Positions 13,545 through 24,931 of a DNA stretch of 64,000 nucleotides are shown here, one piece after another. Source of the DNA: Octopus vulgaris (lineage: Eukaryota); contig OX597815.1 in assembly GCA_951406725.2 (NCBI GenBank), positions 16,678,001-16,742,000 on the forward strand, written 5' to 3'. The notes below the pieces were generated by a model that was not told where the DNA came from, searched no databases, and saw only the letters and a program-made list of their open reading frames with translations. Positions within the stretch are counted from its first letter, which is position 1. Each line of letters opens with the position of its first letter. The position numbers were made by a program, and so were the translations under genes.

Positions 13545-13846
13545 CTGTTATATGAGGATATATAGACGCAGAACACCGCGAGAAAAGAAACTAGCAAACA
13601 AGCTACTAATATTGAAATCAACTAGAGGGAAAATTTCAAAACTAAAGAATGGTATGCATAACCTATAAAACATTTGACAATATTAGGTCTAGATATGGGA
13701 AATATTCCATGGAAATAAGGTAGCTGTAATAATGAAGTGTTACGTTAGTTAAACGAAGAAAAACTGGAAAATGCAATATCATTAAAAAGGAAGTAAAATT
13801 GAAATCAAAACGTTTGCAATCTGGAATATATCCAGCATGATTTATA

Positions 13847-14080
13847 CCTATTTCTTTACTACCCACAAGGGGCTAAACACAGAGAGGACAAACAAGGACA
13901 GACAAACGGATTAAGTCGATTACATCGACCCCAGTGCGTAACCGGTACTTAATTTATCGACCCCGAAAGGATGAAAGGCAAAGTCGACCTCGGCGGAATT
14001 TGAGCTCAGAACGTAGCGGCAGACGAAATACCGCTAAGCATTTCGCCCGGCGTGCTAAAGGTTCTGCCAGTTCGACACCT
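13847..14080 (-). mobile_element. SINE S1 copy
   Basis: Full-length match to the S1 consensus. Confidence 0.85.
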
Positions 14081-14671
14081 TCCAGCGTGATTTATACATT
14101 CATCTATTTCTCTGCACGAACAATTCTAACAAAATAGCGGAATCAGACAGGAGGAAGTTACACTTCCTACGAGAAATAGGTTCGTCATTTCCTGTACGGA
14201 AATGGTTTAAAATTATTGGTAACAACCATCTAGGGGCAGATATTATAAATTAATGGATATTATTGAAAAAGAAATATACTATGTGTTTAATAATAAAACA
14301 CTTCAACCTAAACGAAAACTGGCCAAAATGTTCTCAGAACCTCGAAGTTTACAACACCCTAACTACAAATGCACTGGTTTCAGATATAATATTGTAAACA
14401 CGAAGAAGAATGTTAAAAGTGATAGCTTTTGCAAGTTCTCTCTATTACTACAACATACATTGAATTTACGATTTGTTTCTGAGCTGCTTGAAACCTTTCC
14501 TTTCATTATATCTTTGCATTACATTTTGAACATTTTAACATCCATATTTCCTAAATAGTTTCTATTCTTGCTACTTAAAAACTCGTGAATTGTATTGAAA
14601 TAATTTCTCATTTTTCATGCTTCTTTATTTTTTTAAAAAGCCGCAACAGCCCGTCTCTTATTTGAAGTGTC

Positions 14672-14904
14672 TATTTCTTTACTACCCACAAGGGGCTAAA
14701 CACAGAGGAGACAAACGAGGACAGACAGACGGATTAAGTCGATTATATCGACCCCAGTGCGCAACTGGTACTTAATCTATCGACCCCGAAAGGATGAAAG
14801 GCAAAGTCGACCTCGGTGGAGTTTGAACTCAGAACATAAAGATAGACGAAATACGGCTACGCATTTCGCCCGGCGTGCTAACGTTTCTGCCAGCTCGCTG
14901 CCTT
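14672..14904 (-). mobile_element. SINE S1 copy with 22-bp target-site duplication
   Basis: CCCGT(C/T)TCTTATTTGAAGTGTC at 14650-14671 and 14905-14926. Confidence 0.9.
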
Positions 14905-16744
14905 CCCGTTTCTTATTTGAAGTGTCATTGCGTTAGTGAATTTCCCTTCAGTTTCTTATTTCTTTCTCAGGAGTTTAACATTCTCTTGTATTAGTATTTC
15001 TCCAGGAACTTTCTTGTCTTTGTGATGTTTGATTTGGAGATTCACAGACGCTTACATTAGTCATTCTTCTGATATTTTCTCGCTTTTTTTCTTTTTAATA
15101 TTTGCTCTATGACAGATGCGTAGGACGTCGTCCATTTCTGCTAGGCAATACTTAGACTCTATTTCATTCATTTACCCTCTCTCTTACTCTGCAGGCTTTT
15201 CTGCAGTCTAAAGTAGAACTGGACCAACCTTATGTTTACGGTGTTAAGAAGTGAAATTCAGAAAAATGAAAAATTGAAGAGAAAATGACAAAATCCCAAA
15301 ACTTCGTGTAACTATTTTGAAAGTCTACTCCGGATAGTAAAAAAATATCCTTTATTCAATCTACCACAGTTTAAATTAAGGAAACGATATATACTATACA
15401 AGGTTTATCAAAAATGATAAATCGATTTATTCCAGAAGAATTGGTGTCCTAGGTGGTAGGAGGAAAGGTTGGTTGTTGTAGTTGTTAAGCAACTAGACGA
15501 GTAAGGGTGATTAGGTGATGGTCCAGGGCTTAGGGGCGGAAGACCCCCAGACCTTGGAAAAAAAAACTTAGGTCATCTTGTTGTAGTCGAGGGAGGTGGC
15601 CCTCGAAGTCGCTGGAAATGGAGATCTCCAGGTTCAAATTCTTGGACGGCGGAAAGGTTGGTTGTATAGGTTGAGTAACGCAACCGTTTTCCCTTTGAAA
15701 AAAAAAGGTCCATCACCAAGAGGTGATTAGTCTGAAAGGTAGCGAATGATGGTTGGCTGTCCAGTGAAAATTAACCAATAGTTTTGCTTTTCGAGAAGGA
15801 TCGCACACAGATAAAGATTAAATTATCTTAATTACATAAATCCGTTCTATGTTGAATTCTAGATTAGCTCTCAAAATAATTTATCCAAATTTTTAGTCAC
15901 AGAAGAATAATAAATCTAACAATGGATACGTCTGGGAAGATACGATTTAGTATTTCTCATCTAAAGGCAGAGAAGTAGGATGTTTTATTACCAGGAACAT
16001 TACAAGACCAAAAGAAAACATAAGAAACTTTATGAAGATAGAAATATAACATAGAGAACGTGAAACGAATCTTAAAATGCAGTCGGTCATATTATCCATT
16101 CTTATACAAATCAGAATGCATAGACAGGCATGACAGATAATGTAAATATATTAATTGGGCAATATGAAAATGCTATCATATCAGGGTAGACGATGAATGA
16201 TATAAATATTCACCAACAAGTATTATTGAAAATGAACAGACAAAAATACATTTGGACATGCCTGTACAAACTGATAGGGAAATTATGGAAATCTCTAGAT
16301 TTTATAATTTAGGATAGTATCAGGAAACACTATTTATTAGTCATTATATCGATTTCTTTTGACCAGAGTAGTTTTGAAAGAAGATGAGAAGTTTTCAAAA
16401 TATAATGATTAGGAGAGAATGAGACGTAATAATAAAACAGAGATCATAGATAGAAAGAATCGTCGTAGATTAAACAATGTAAACTCCATAAAAATAGGTT
16501 GGTGTCAGAATATTTGTATTGAATGTAAAATACCTAATTAGGAATAAGAGGGCTGAGGGAGATTTCTCAAAGGAAACATTCTGTATAGGAAGTATAAACA
16601 GAGTAGGTGTCTCATATATGTAATAAAGTAAGTCAAAAACTTCGATCGGTTGGTTGTTCATGCATAACCTCTAACCAGGAGTGTTTAAAAATCTGAAATC
16701 AAGCAAGGGGTTAAACTCCAGTAAAAGCAGCTAATTGAAATCTT

Positions 16745-17169
16745 GGATCTTTTCGGTTTGAACGGCAGTTTTTTCTAGCGGTGTCATATGAAATTGTTAC
16801 CCATAATTATGGCCCTAGTATCGATCTATTGCATTTCAATCTCTTTTAAGGTTAGGGTTAGGTTTAGGGGTGGGGGAAAGGGTATCTTTTTTTCTTCACA
16901 AATGTAAATAAACCCAATCTGTTGCTTAAACGAGGGATATATTCATGCGGCGCAGAATGTTTTCAACTCAATAGACGTCATTGATTGGTTGAAATTGCAG
17001 AAATTGAAGAAAAAAAACGCAACAAATATCTTACAAACTATAGAATTTTCTCAATAAAGCCAAGAGAAAAAGATGTTTTATAAACAAATTCTACCAGTAT
17101 AGGAAGTTTAAAAGTGTTTATTTACGTGGAAATTATTTTTAAAAACTGCCGGTCAAACTGAAAAGATCC
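16745..17169. mobile_element. MITE with ~29-bp terminal inverted repeats
   Basis: GGATCTTTTCGGTTTGAACGGCAGTTTTT at the left end, AAAAACTGCCGGTCAAACTGAAAAGATCC at the right end; no coding capacity. Confidence 0.8.
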
Positions 17170-17431
17170 GAAGATTTGTCAATTGAGTTGACTGTACAAT
17201 GCCGAAGAGGTCTGATAAGACTTGCTTTCACCAGTTTAGCTTTAAAGACAAGATTCTTTGTTAACTATATCGTTTAATTTTTGTAAAATTCAGTTAGTTG
17301 ATTTTATTGGAATTATCGCTCGGTTGTTACTTTTAGATTTTAACTAACCCTAGAGGGAGTTTTTATGTACTGAGTGCACGAGTAAAGTAATTTAATTGAA
17401 GTTTGTTTAACTCCCTGTACTACACATGTGT

Positions 17432-17665
17432 ACCTATTTCTTTACTACCCACAAGGGGCTAATCACAGAGGGGACAAACAAGGACAGACAAACGAATTAA
17501 GTCGATTACATCGACCCCAGTGCGTAACTGGTATTTAATTTATCGACCCCGAAAGGATGAAAGGCAAAGTCGACCTCGGCGGAATTTGAACTCAGAACGT
17601 AACGGCAGACGAAATACGGCTACGCATTTTGCCCGGCGTGCTAACGTTTATGCCAGTTCGCTGCC
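17432..17665 (-). mobile_element. SINE S1 copy
   Basis: Full-length match to the S1 consensus. Confidence 0.85.
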
Positions 17666-17971
17666 TTTCTATTACGCATGTGTACCGCGTGTATGTTTAG
17701 TACAGTATTCAGAAACGATTCCCTCAGCCACAATGTCACTACATTCCCCCTTGTTTCCCTCAATATGTTAATCGCTTTTAAATATAGCCTACAGAATAGA
17801 AATGCTTCGCTAAGAAGTTTTAATAAGACTGAGACATTTCATGTTTTCACCAGTTAGTTTTAAAGACTAAATTCACTCCCGTCTGCATTACTTTTATATA
17901 AAAAAAAAAAAAATCAATTAATTAATTTTATTGAACTTATTTTTCTTGCTTGCTTTTCAGATATGAACAGG

Positions 17972-18046
<75 letters not shown>

Positions 18047-18114
18047 CATTTCATTGAATCGAAGTTTTTCCCCTCACTGTATGTTTTATTAACAATACTA
18101 ATCTTTTTAAATAT

Positions 18115-18515
18115 ACTCTTTTGCTCTTTTACTTGTTTCAGTCCTTTGACGGCCGTCATGCTGGAGCACTGCCTTTAGTCGAGCAAATCGACCCCAGTAC
18201 TTATTCTTTGTAAGCCCAGTACTTATTCTATTGGACTCTTTTGCCGAACCGCTAAGTTCCGGGGACGTAAACACACCACCATCGGTTGTCAAGAGATGTT
18301 GTGGAGACAAACACAGACTCACAGACATATACACACATGTACATATACATATATACGACGGGCTTCTTTTCAGTTTCCGTCTACCAAATCCACTCACAAG
18401 GCTTTGGTCGGCCCAAGGCTATAGTAGAAGACACTTACCCAAGGTGTCACGCAGTGGGACTGAACCCGGAACCATGTGGTTGGTAAGCAAGCAACTTACC
18501 ACACAGCCACGCGCT
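18115..18515 (-). mobile_element. SINE family S2 copy
   Basis: tRNA-like head GTGGCTGTGTGGTAAG...GGTTCAGTCCCACTGCG, internal TA/TG microsatellite, tail ...CGACTAAAGGCAGTGCTCCAGCATG...AAGTAAAAGAG. Confidence 0.8.
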
Positions 18516-18759
18516 ACCCATGTGTGATATTGTATATCTGTGTGGGAAGTGGAGCCTTACTGAAGAAGTCTAATAGAACCAAAACATATTCAGAGATGTC
18601 TCCTGTATTTTCCAAGTTGATTAAATTAATATTAGTCATTGGACTTAAGCTGATTTTCTTCGCTGCATAAGTATTTCTAATTATGCTTTTAATTATTTCC
18701 ATTTATTAACTCCAGTCATATGAATGTTTTTCTTTAAATATATAAACATAGTTTACATT

Positions 18760-19151
18760 GGCGCAGGAGTGGATGTGTGGTAAGTTGCTTGCTTACCAGC
18801 CACATGGTTCCGGATTCAGTCCCACTGCGTGGCACCTTGGGCAAGTGTCTTCTACTATAGTCTCACATCTTGTGAGTGGATTTGGTATACGGAAACTGAA
18901 AGAAGCCCGTCGTATATGTATATATACGGCGGCGTGCTGGCAGAAACGTTAGCGCGCCGGGCGAAATGCGTAACCGTATTTCATCTGTCGTTACGTTCCA
19001 AGTTCAAATTCGCCGAGGTCGACTTTGCCTTTCATCCTTTCGGGGTCGATAAATTAACTACCAGTTACGCACTGGGTCGATGTAATCGACTTAATCCGTT
19101 TGTCTGTCCTTGTTTGTCCTCTCTGTGTTTAGCTTCTTGTGGGTAGTAAAG

Positions 19152-19221
<70 letters not shown>

Positions 19222-19432
19222 ATATGTTTGTGTGTCTATATTTGTCTCCCCAACATCGCTTGAGAACCGATGCTGGTGTGTTTACGTCTCCGTAACATAG
19301 CGGTTCGGCAAAAGAGACCGATAGAGTAAGTACTAGGCTTACAAAGAATAAGCCCTGGGGTCGATCTGCTCGACTAAAGGCGGTGCTCCAGCATGGTCAC
19401 AGTCAAATGACCGATACAAGTAAAAGAGTAAA
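18760..19432 (+). mobile_element. SINE S2 copy with an S1 copy nested in its internal (TA)n
   Basis: S2 head ~18760-18925, S1 ~18928-19155, (TA)n, S2 tail to 19432. Confidence 0.8.
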
Positions 19433-19967
19433 AGCGTATTGATTACAATGGTTAAAGCGTGTGACCGTCGTTCGGAAATAATAAATAAGAAAACAGTTAA
19501 AATAATAATTTTTTTGGTACTTATGTTAATAAAAATGGGAGATAACTAGGTGCATCTTACATAAGTTGGATCACAAACTGAATTCGTGAAAGAGACACAC
19601 ATAAAACAATGCACCATACATACTCTTGAAGTACACGTAAACAATCCTGATAATGCGGCGGAGGAAAAAGAAAGCACAATAGAGAAGCAATAATAACGGT
19701 AATGATAAATCATTGTCCTTCTCTTACTTCTACATCTATTGCAGCTGATGCATCTGCTGCAGCTGCTAATTGAATAAGTCGGATTGCCATTCCTGCAACT
19801 CTGCCGCGACTATCTTTCTTCTTTGCATGGAGGATGTCGAGTTGATTAGACTTCTAACGTCTGAACTGGTGACGACTCTTGTAATAATCTCCTTCTCTTG
19901 GGATGGGGTTATAGGTCCACCACCTCGTATGATCACTGTTTGATGAGTATCCTTTGTGGCTGTAGTG

Positions 19968-20330
19968 CGTATGTATGTATGTATGTATGTATGTATGTAT
20001 GTATGTATGTATGTATGTATGTATGTATGTTTGTATGTATGTATGTATGTATGTATGTATGTATGTGTGTATGTATGTATGTATGTTTGTATGTGTGTAT
20101 GTATGTATGTATGTATGTATGTATGTATGTATGTATGTATGTATGTATGTATATGTGTGTGTATGTTTGTGTGTGTGTCTGTATGTACGTATGCACTACG
20201 TCTTTCATCTGTTTTATGTATGTATCTGTGTGTGTATATATATACGTGTATGTGTGTGTATGTGTGTGTGTGTGTGTGCACGTGCGTGTGTATGTGTGCG
20301 TGCACGTGCGTGTGTATGTGTGTGTATGTG
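19968..20330. repeat. (TATG)n/(TG)n compound microsatellite
   Basis: Directly visible. Confidence 0.95.
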
Positions 20331-20849
20331 CGCCCGCGTATTCTGAACTATCTGGCACGAAAGTTAATTAATCTTAAATAATTAACGAAAACGTCACAAT
20401 TTATATTACTCTCCTACAAGCGAAAGCGAAACGAAAGTAATTTGATTTGATTAAGTTATTTATTGTTTTTTTCTTCTTCTTTTAGTGCCTTTTTCTATTC
20501 ATTTCTTTGATAAATGACGAAAAGTCTTGCACTTAAAAGATATTAGAAAAGTTTATGTCTAATATTGGTTATATTCTCTGTAACGTCGCTGAGAGGGAAA
20601 GTATAGTTATTAGTTTGAGGCAAGGTCATTTTTAAAGAATTTTCTTCCAACGCACGAGAAATAACCTCAGCCGGTTACATCAACTTTCAACACTATGAAG
20701 TTCAAGTCGAATATTAAGTATTTGCCACACAACCTCTGTTCCTTATATCTGTTTATTTCGTACTTATTCTAAAACAAGAATGCAAAACTTCTTCGTTCAT
20801 GAAACAACAAATAAAAAGGACTTTAATCACATAAGCAAAATATGGGTTT

Positions 20850-21867
20850 GAAATTTTGGCACAAGGCCAGTAGTTTCGGAAAAAGGAGGTCAGCCGATTA
20901 TATCGGCCCCCAGTTGTTCACTGGTACTTATTTTATCGACCCTGAAAGGATGAAAGGCACAGTGGATTTCGGTGGAATTTAAACTCAAAACGTAAAAACG
21001 GACGAAATGCTGCTAAGCATTTTATCTGGCTTGCTAACAATTTTGCCAGATTTCCACCTTTATGTTGACCAATAATACTTTCTACTATAGGCGCAAGGCC
21101 TAAAATTCGCGGGGGAGGGGACTAGTTGATTACATCGACCCCAGTATTCAAATGGTACTTATTTTATCGAAACCGAGTGGATGAAAGACAAAGTCGACTT
21201 CGGCACAATTTGATCTCAGAATGTAAGGACGGACGAAATGCCATTAAGCATTTAACCCGGCGCGGTAATGATTCTTATTTCTTTACTGCCCACGTGGGGC
21301 TACACACAGAGGGGACAAACAAGGACAGACAAACGGATCAAGTCGATTATATCGACCTCAGTGCGTAACTGGTACTTATTTAATCGACCCCGAAAGGATG
21401 AAAGGCAATGTCAACTTCGGCGAAATTTGAACTCAGAACGTAGCGGCAGACGAAATACTTATTTCTTTACTACCCACAAGAGGCTAAACACAGAGGGGAC
21501 AAACAAGGACAGACAAACGGATTAAGTCGATTATATCGACCCCAGTGCGTAACTGGTACTTATTTAATCGACCCCGAAAGGATGAAAGGCAAAGTCGACC
21601 TCGGCGGAATTTGAACTCAGAACATAGCGACTGACGAAATACTTACTTCTTTACTACCCACAAGAGGCTACACACAGAGGGGACAAACAAGGACAGACAA
21701 ACGGATTAAGTCGATTACAGTGTGTAACTGGTACTTAATTTATCGACCCCGAAAGGATGAAAGGCAATGTCGACTTCGGCGGAATTTGAACTCAGAACGT
21801 AGCGGCTGACGAAAAACTGCTAAGCATTTCGCCCGGCGTGCTAATGATTCTGCCAGCTCGCCGCCTT
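20850..21867 (-). mobile_element. Head-to-tail array of ~5 S1-type SINE units
   Basis: S1 body recurring about every 180-200 bp. Confidence 0.85.
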
Positions 21868-22033
21868 GACATAAACAAAATACTGAAGCATAAATTTATA
21901 ATTTTCAACACAAGATTATAATTTTTTGAAGAAAGAGTATAGTCTACTAAGTGAAATCTAGTAAATTACTGATACCTATTTTATCGGCTGTGAAGGACGG
22001 AAAGGCAAAGTAAGCTATAATGTGAGTTTGATT

Positions 22034-22387
22034 AAGAACCCTGAGAAGCATAACTATGTACCACAAAATATCAAGAACCCTGAGAAGCATAACTATGTAC
22101 CACAAAATATCAAGAACCCAGAGAAGCATAACTATGTACCACAAAATATCAAGAACCCAGAGAAGCATAACTATGTACCACAAAATATCAAGAACCCTGA
22201 GAAGCATAACTATGTACCACAAAATATCAAGAACCTTGAGAAGCATAACTATATACCACAAAATATCAAGAACCCTGAGAAGCATAACTATGTACCACAA
22301 AATATCAAGAACCCTGAGAAGCATAACTATGTACCACAAAATATCAAGAACCCTGAGAAGCATAACTATGTACCACAAAATATCAAG
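22034..22387. repeat. 39-bp minisatellite, 9 copies
   Basis: Unit AAGAACCCTGAGAAGCATAACTATGTACCACAAAATATC with only isolated substitutions. Confidence 0.95.
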
Positions 22388-22606
22388 TTCGGCACTCTAC
22401 CGTTTCTAATCGCCCACATGAGCATCCGATTAGTGACGTCTGCTGTTTTTGTCTTTTTCCTTCTGTTTCGCCAGATGTTCAGCTCTCCGAGCGTCCGATT
22501 CCTGATCTTGCTGCTTCTCTCTCTTTCCCTCTGTTCCGCCAGACACTCAGACCTTGCTTTATCAATCTCATCGACCCTTCTATTCGCATGCCTGTCCCGA
22601 TCTTGA

Positions 22607-23089
22607 GTAAATATTTCGTAAAGGACCCGTTCGTATTTCGGTGTGAAATAATTTTTTCCACAGGTTTTTTCGAGTGCATTCAACGTTAACTCACCTCCAA
22701 ACCCACTGAAAACCACTTTCTTCCGAAAAAGAAAGGGGAAGGCGTGGTGGGGACCTCTGAGTTTCCCACCAACGGAGTTTTGTTTCGTGTTTATTTTCTC
22801 TTCCTGGTTATTTCGCATGCTTTCAATGAATGGGACATCGAAATTACGCGTAAACGGCTCCTTTCCCCAGAAAAGGAAACATTTGGCTGCTATTTCTTGC
22901 ACGCTCTGTTACCACGTAACGGTTATTTCGGGTCTTTTATCGCAAATATTTATTACGTGGTAGCAGGACGTGCTAGAAATAGCAGCCAAATATTTGAAGG
23001 TGAGATACGTTGAATGCACTCGAAAAAAACCTATAGAAAAAAATTATTTCCCACTGAAGTTACGAACGTGTCTTTTATGAAATATTTAC
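22607..23089. repeat. Fold-back/MITE-like element with ~80-95 bp imperfect inverted arms and an internal hairpin
   Basis: GTAAATATTTCGTAAAGG...CGAGTGCATTCAACGT (22607-22686) vs ACGTTGAATGCACTCG...GAAATATTTAC (23007-23089); inner inverted repeat 22881-22919 / 22952-22991. Confidence 0.7.
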
Positions 23090-23713
23090 CGTATTTTTAA
23101 AGTAATTTTCACTTGAAAATACTTTTTAACTATGACAAAAGAAATTTTTGTAATGGTATTAACTTGAAAATAAAAAAAAAAAAATTGTCATTTAAAGAAA
23201 GCTAAAATATAAATACTTACTGCACAAACAATGTACATTTTTGAAATCACATTCTCTTAAAATATTTCTAAATGATTAAAATATTGTGTTTAACAAAAGC
23301 GAAAATAGAAACATTTACTGTAAAAACAACTCGTACTTTTTCGTTGGCAAGTTAAAGTCACTAAGACTTTTGCCCAACATAATGTGTCTAATCGAAAGGT
23401 TAGAATTTCTTCACTTTCAGGGTTGAGTTATTTTCGGAGTATTTTCCCCATTATGCACCGTTTTGGGTATTTATACCCAAGAACCAGTGGTCCGATTTAC
23501 GCGAAACTTGGTATCTAACCCGGTATACTAGAAACAACTGTTTAAGGTTCTTTGTTTTTTTAATTCGTTTTAGAAAGGTTCCGTTTGTATTCACATTTCC
23601 GGGGCACTTTACTTTCAAAGTATTTTCCCATTATGCACCGGTTTGGTTGTGTAACATTCCAAGCAAGCAAGCAAGCAAGATTGAAGTTCATTTTTCATAG
23701 TATATAGACATAT

Positions 23714-23759
<46 letters not shown>

Positions 23760-24116
23760 GTATATACATACATATATTCTTTTATTCTTTTATTTGTTTC
23801 AGTCATGTGGCTGCGGTCATATATATATATATGTATATGTATTCGTTTAGGGCAACGTTAGGGGTATACAAATAAAGCTCCTATTACAGTATGCCGGCTA
23901 ATGTCTACAAATACTGACTAGTAAGTTAGTTTTTCGGGATTGCATCATGGTTATAACGATATAATGCAGGATAAATATAATAATGACAATATTTCTAGCA
24001 TGGAATTTATAAATATTTATCCCAAGGAAACCGACTCTGATGTCAAAATCATGTAATTTGTGGAAATGTGCGTAGCAATGTATTAAATACTTATAAATTC
24101 TATCCTAGAATTATTG

Positions 24117-24229
<113 letters not shown>

Positions 24230-24392
24230 GTGTGTGTGATTGTGTATAGAAGAATATATTAATAAAAAAGAATTCCAACCTTGTCTGATTTTCACGTTTT
24301 ATTTACAATCTTATAATGATATATTATAAGATAATATATTATAATTGAATAAAATAAAGTGAAATAGTAGAATGTTAAATATTCATTCTGAT

Positions 24393-24437
24393 TGAACTAG
24401 TACTTTCATGCATTGAATTCTGCAATCTTCGGGTTCA
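24393..24437 (-). ncRNA. Minimal type I hammerhead ribozyme in the PLE 3' pseudo-LTR (left copy)
   Basis: Mirror image of 30344-30388. Confidence 0.7.
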
Positions 24438-24931
24438 TGTAGTAGTGTTGACAGTCATGCTTCACAATTTTTGACTGTAGCAAGATGAGTGATTCTGTGC
24501 TATAAATACAGCTGGGTAGGCTCCAGAGTGCTAGGTTTTGCAAACTGTATTCTGACCAATCAGTGTGTAGTATCACTCAATTACTTAAGCTGATTGGTTG
24601 GTTGAGCTGATTGGTTTAGGCATCAAGCTTTGTTGGACAGGTCAAGAGTCCTGTATCTTGACCCTGGCCGAAGCAGCAATTGTTGGGTTATTTTTAGAAA
24701 TGTTGTAAATATCCTTTGTCAGAGATTTTTATATTTTTATATTTCAATTGTCATCATCATCATTGTCAGCACCTTAATTATTGTTGCTAGTGGTGATGGT
24801 GGTGGCAATAGAACTTTTAACCCTAAATAAGATAATTTTCCTGCTATCTTCGTCTTGATCACCTTTAGTATTGTTGTTGTTGTTAGTGGTCATGGTCGTA
24901 GCAGTGGAAGTAATACCTCTAAGTATTATTA

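Noticed and set aside
22034-22387. Possible CRISPR array
   Set aside because: Units are contiguous with no unique spacers, no cas genes, eukaryotic context; the same applies to the 29-mer and 16-mer arrays
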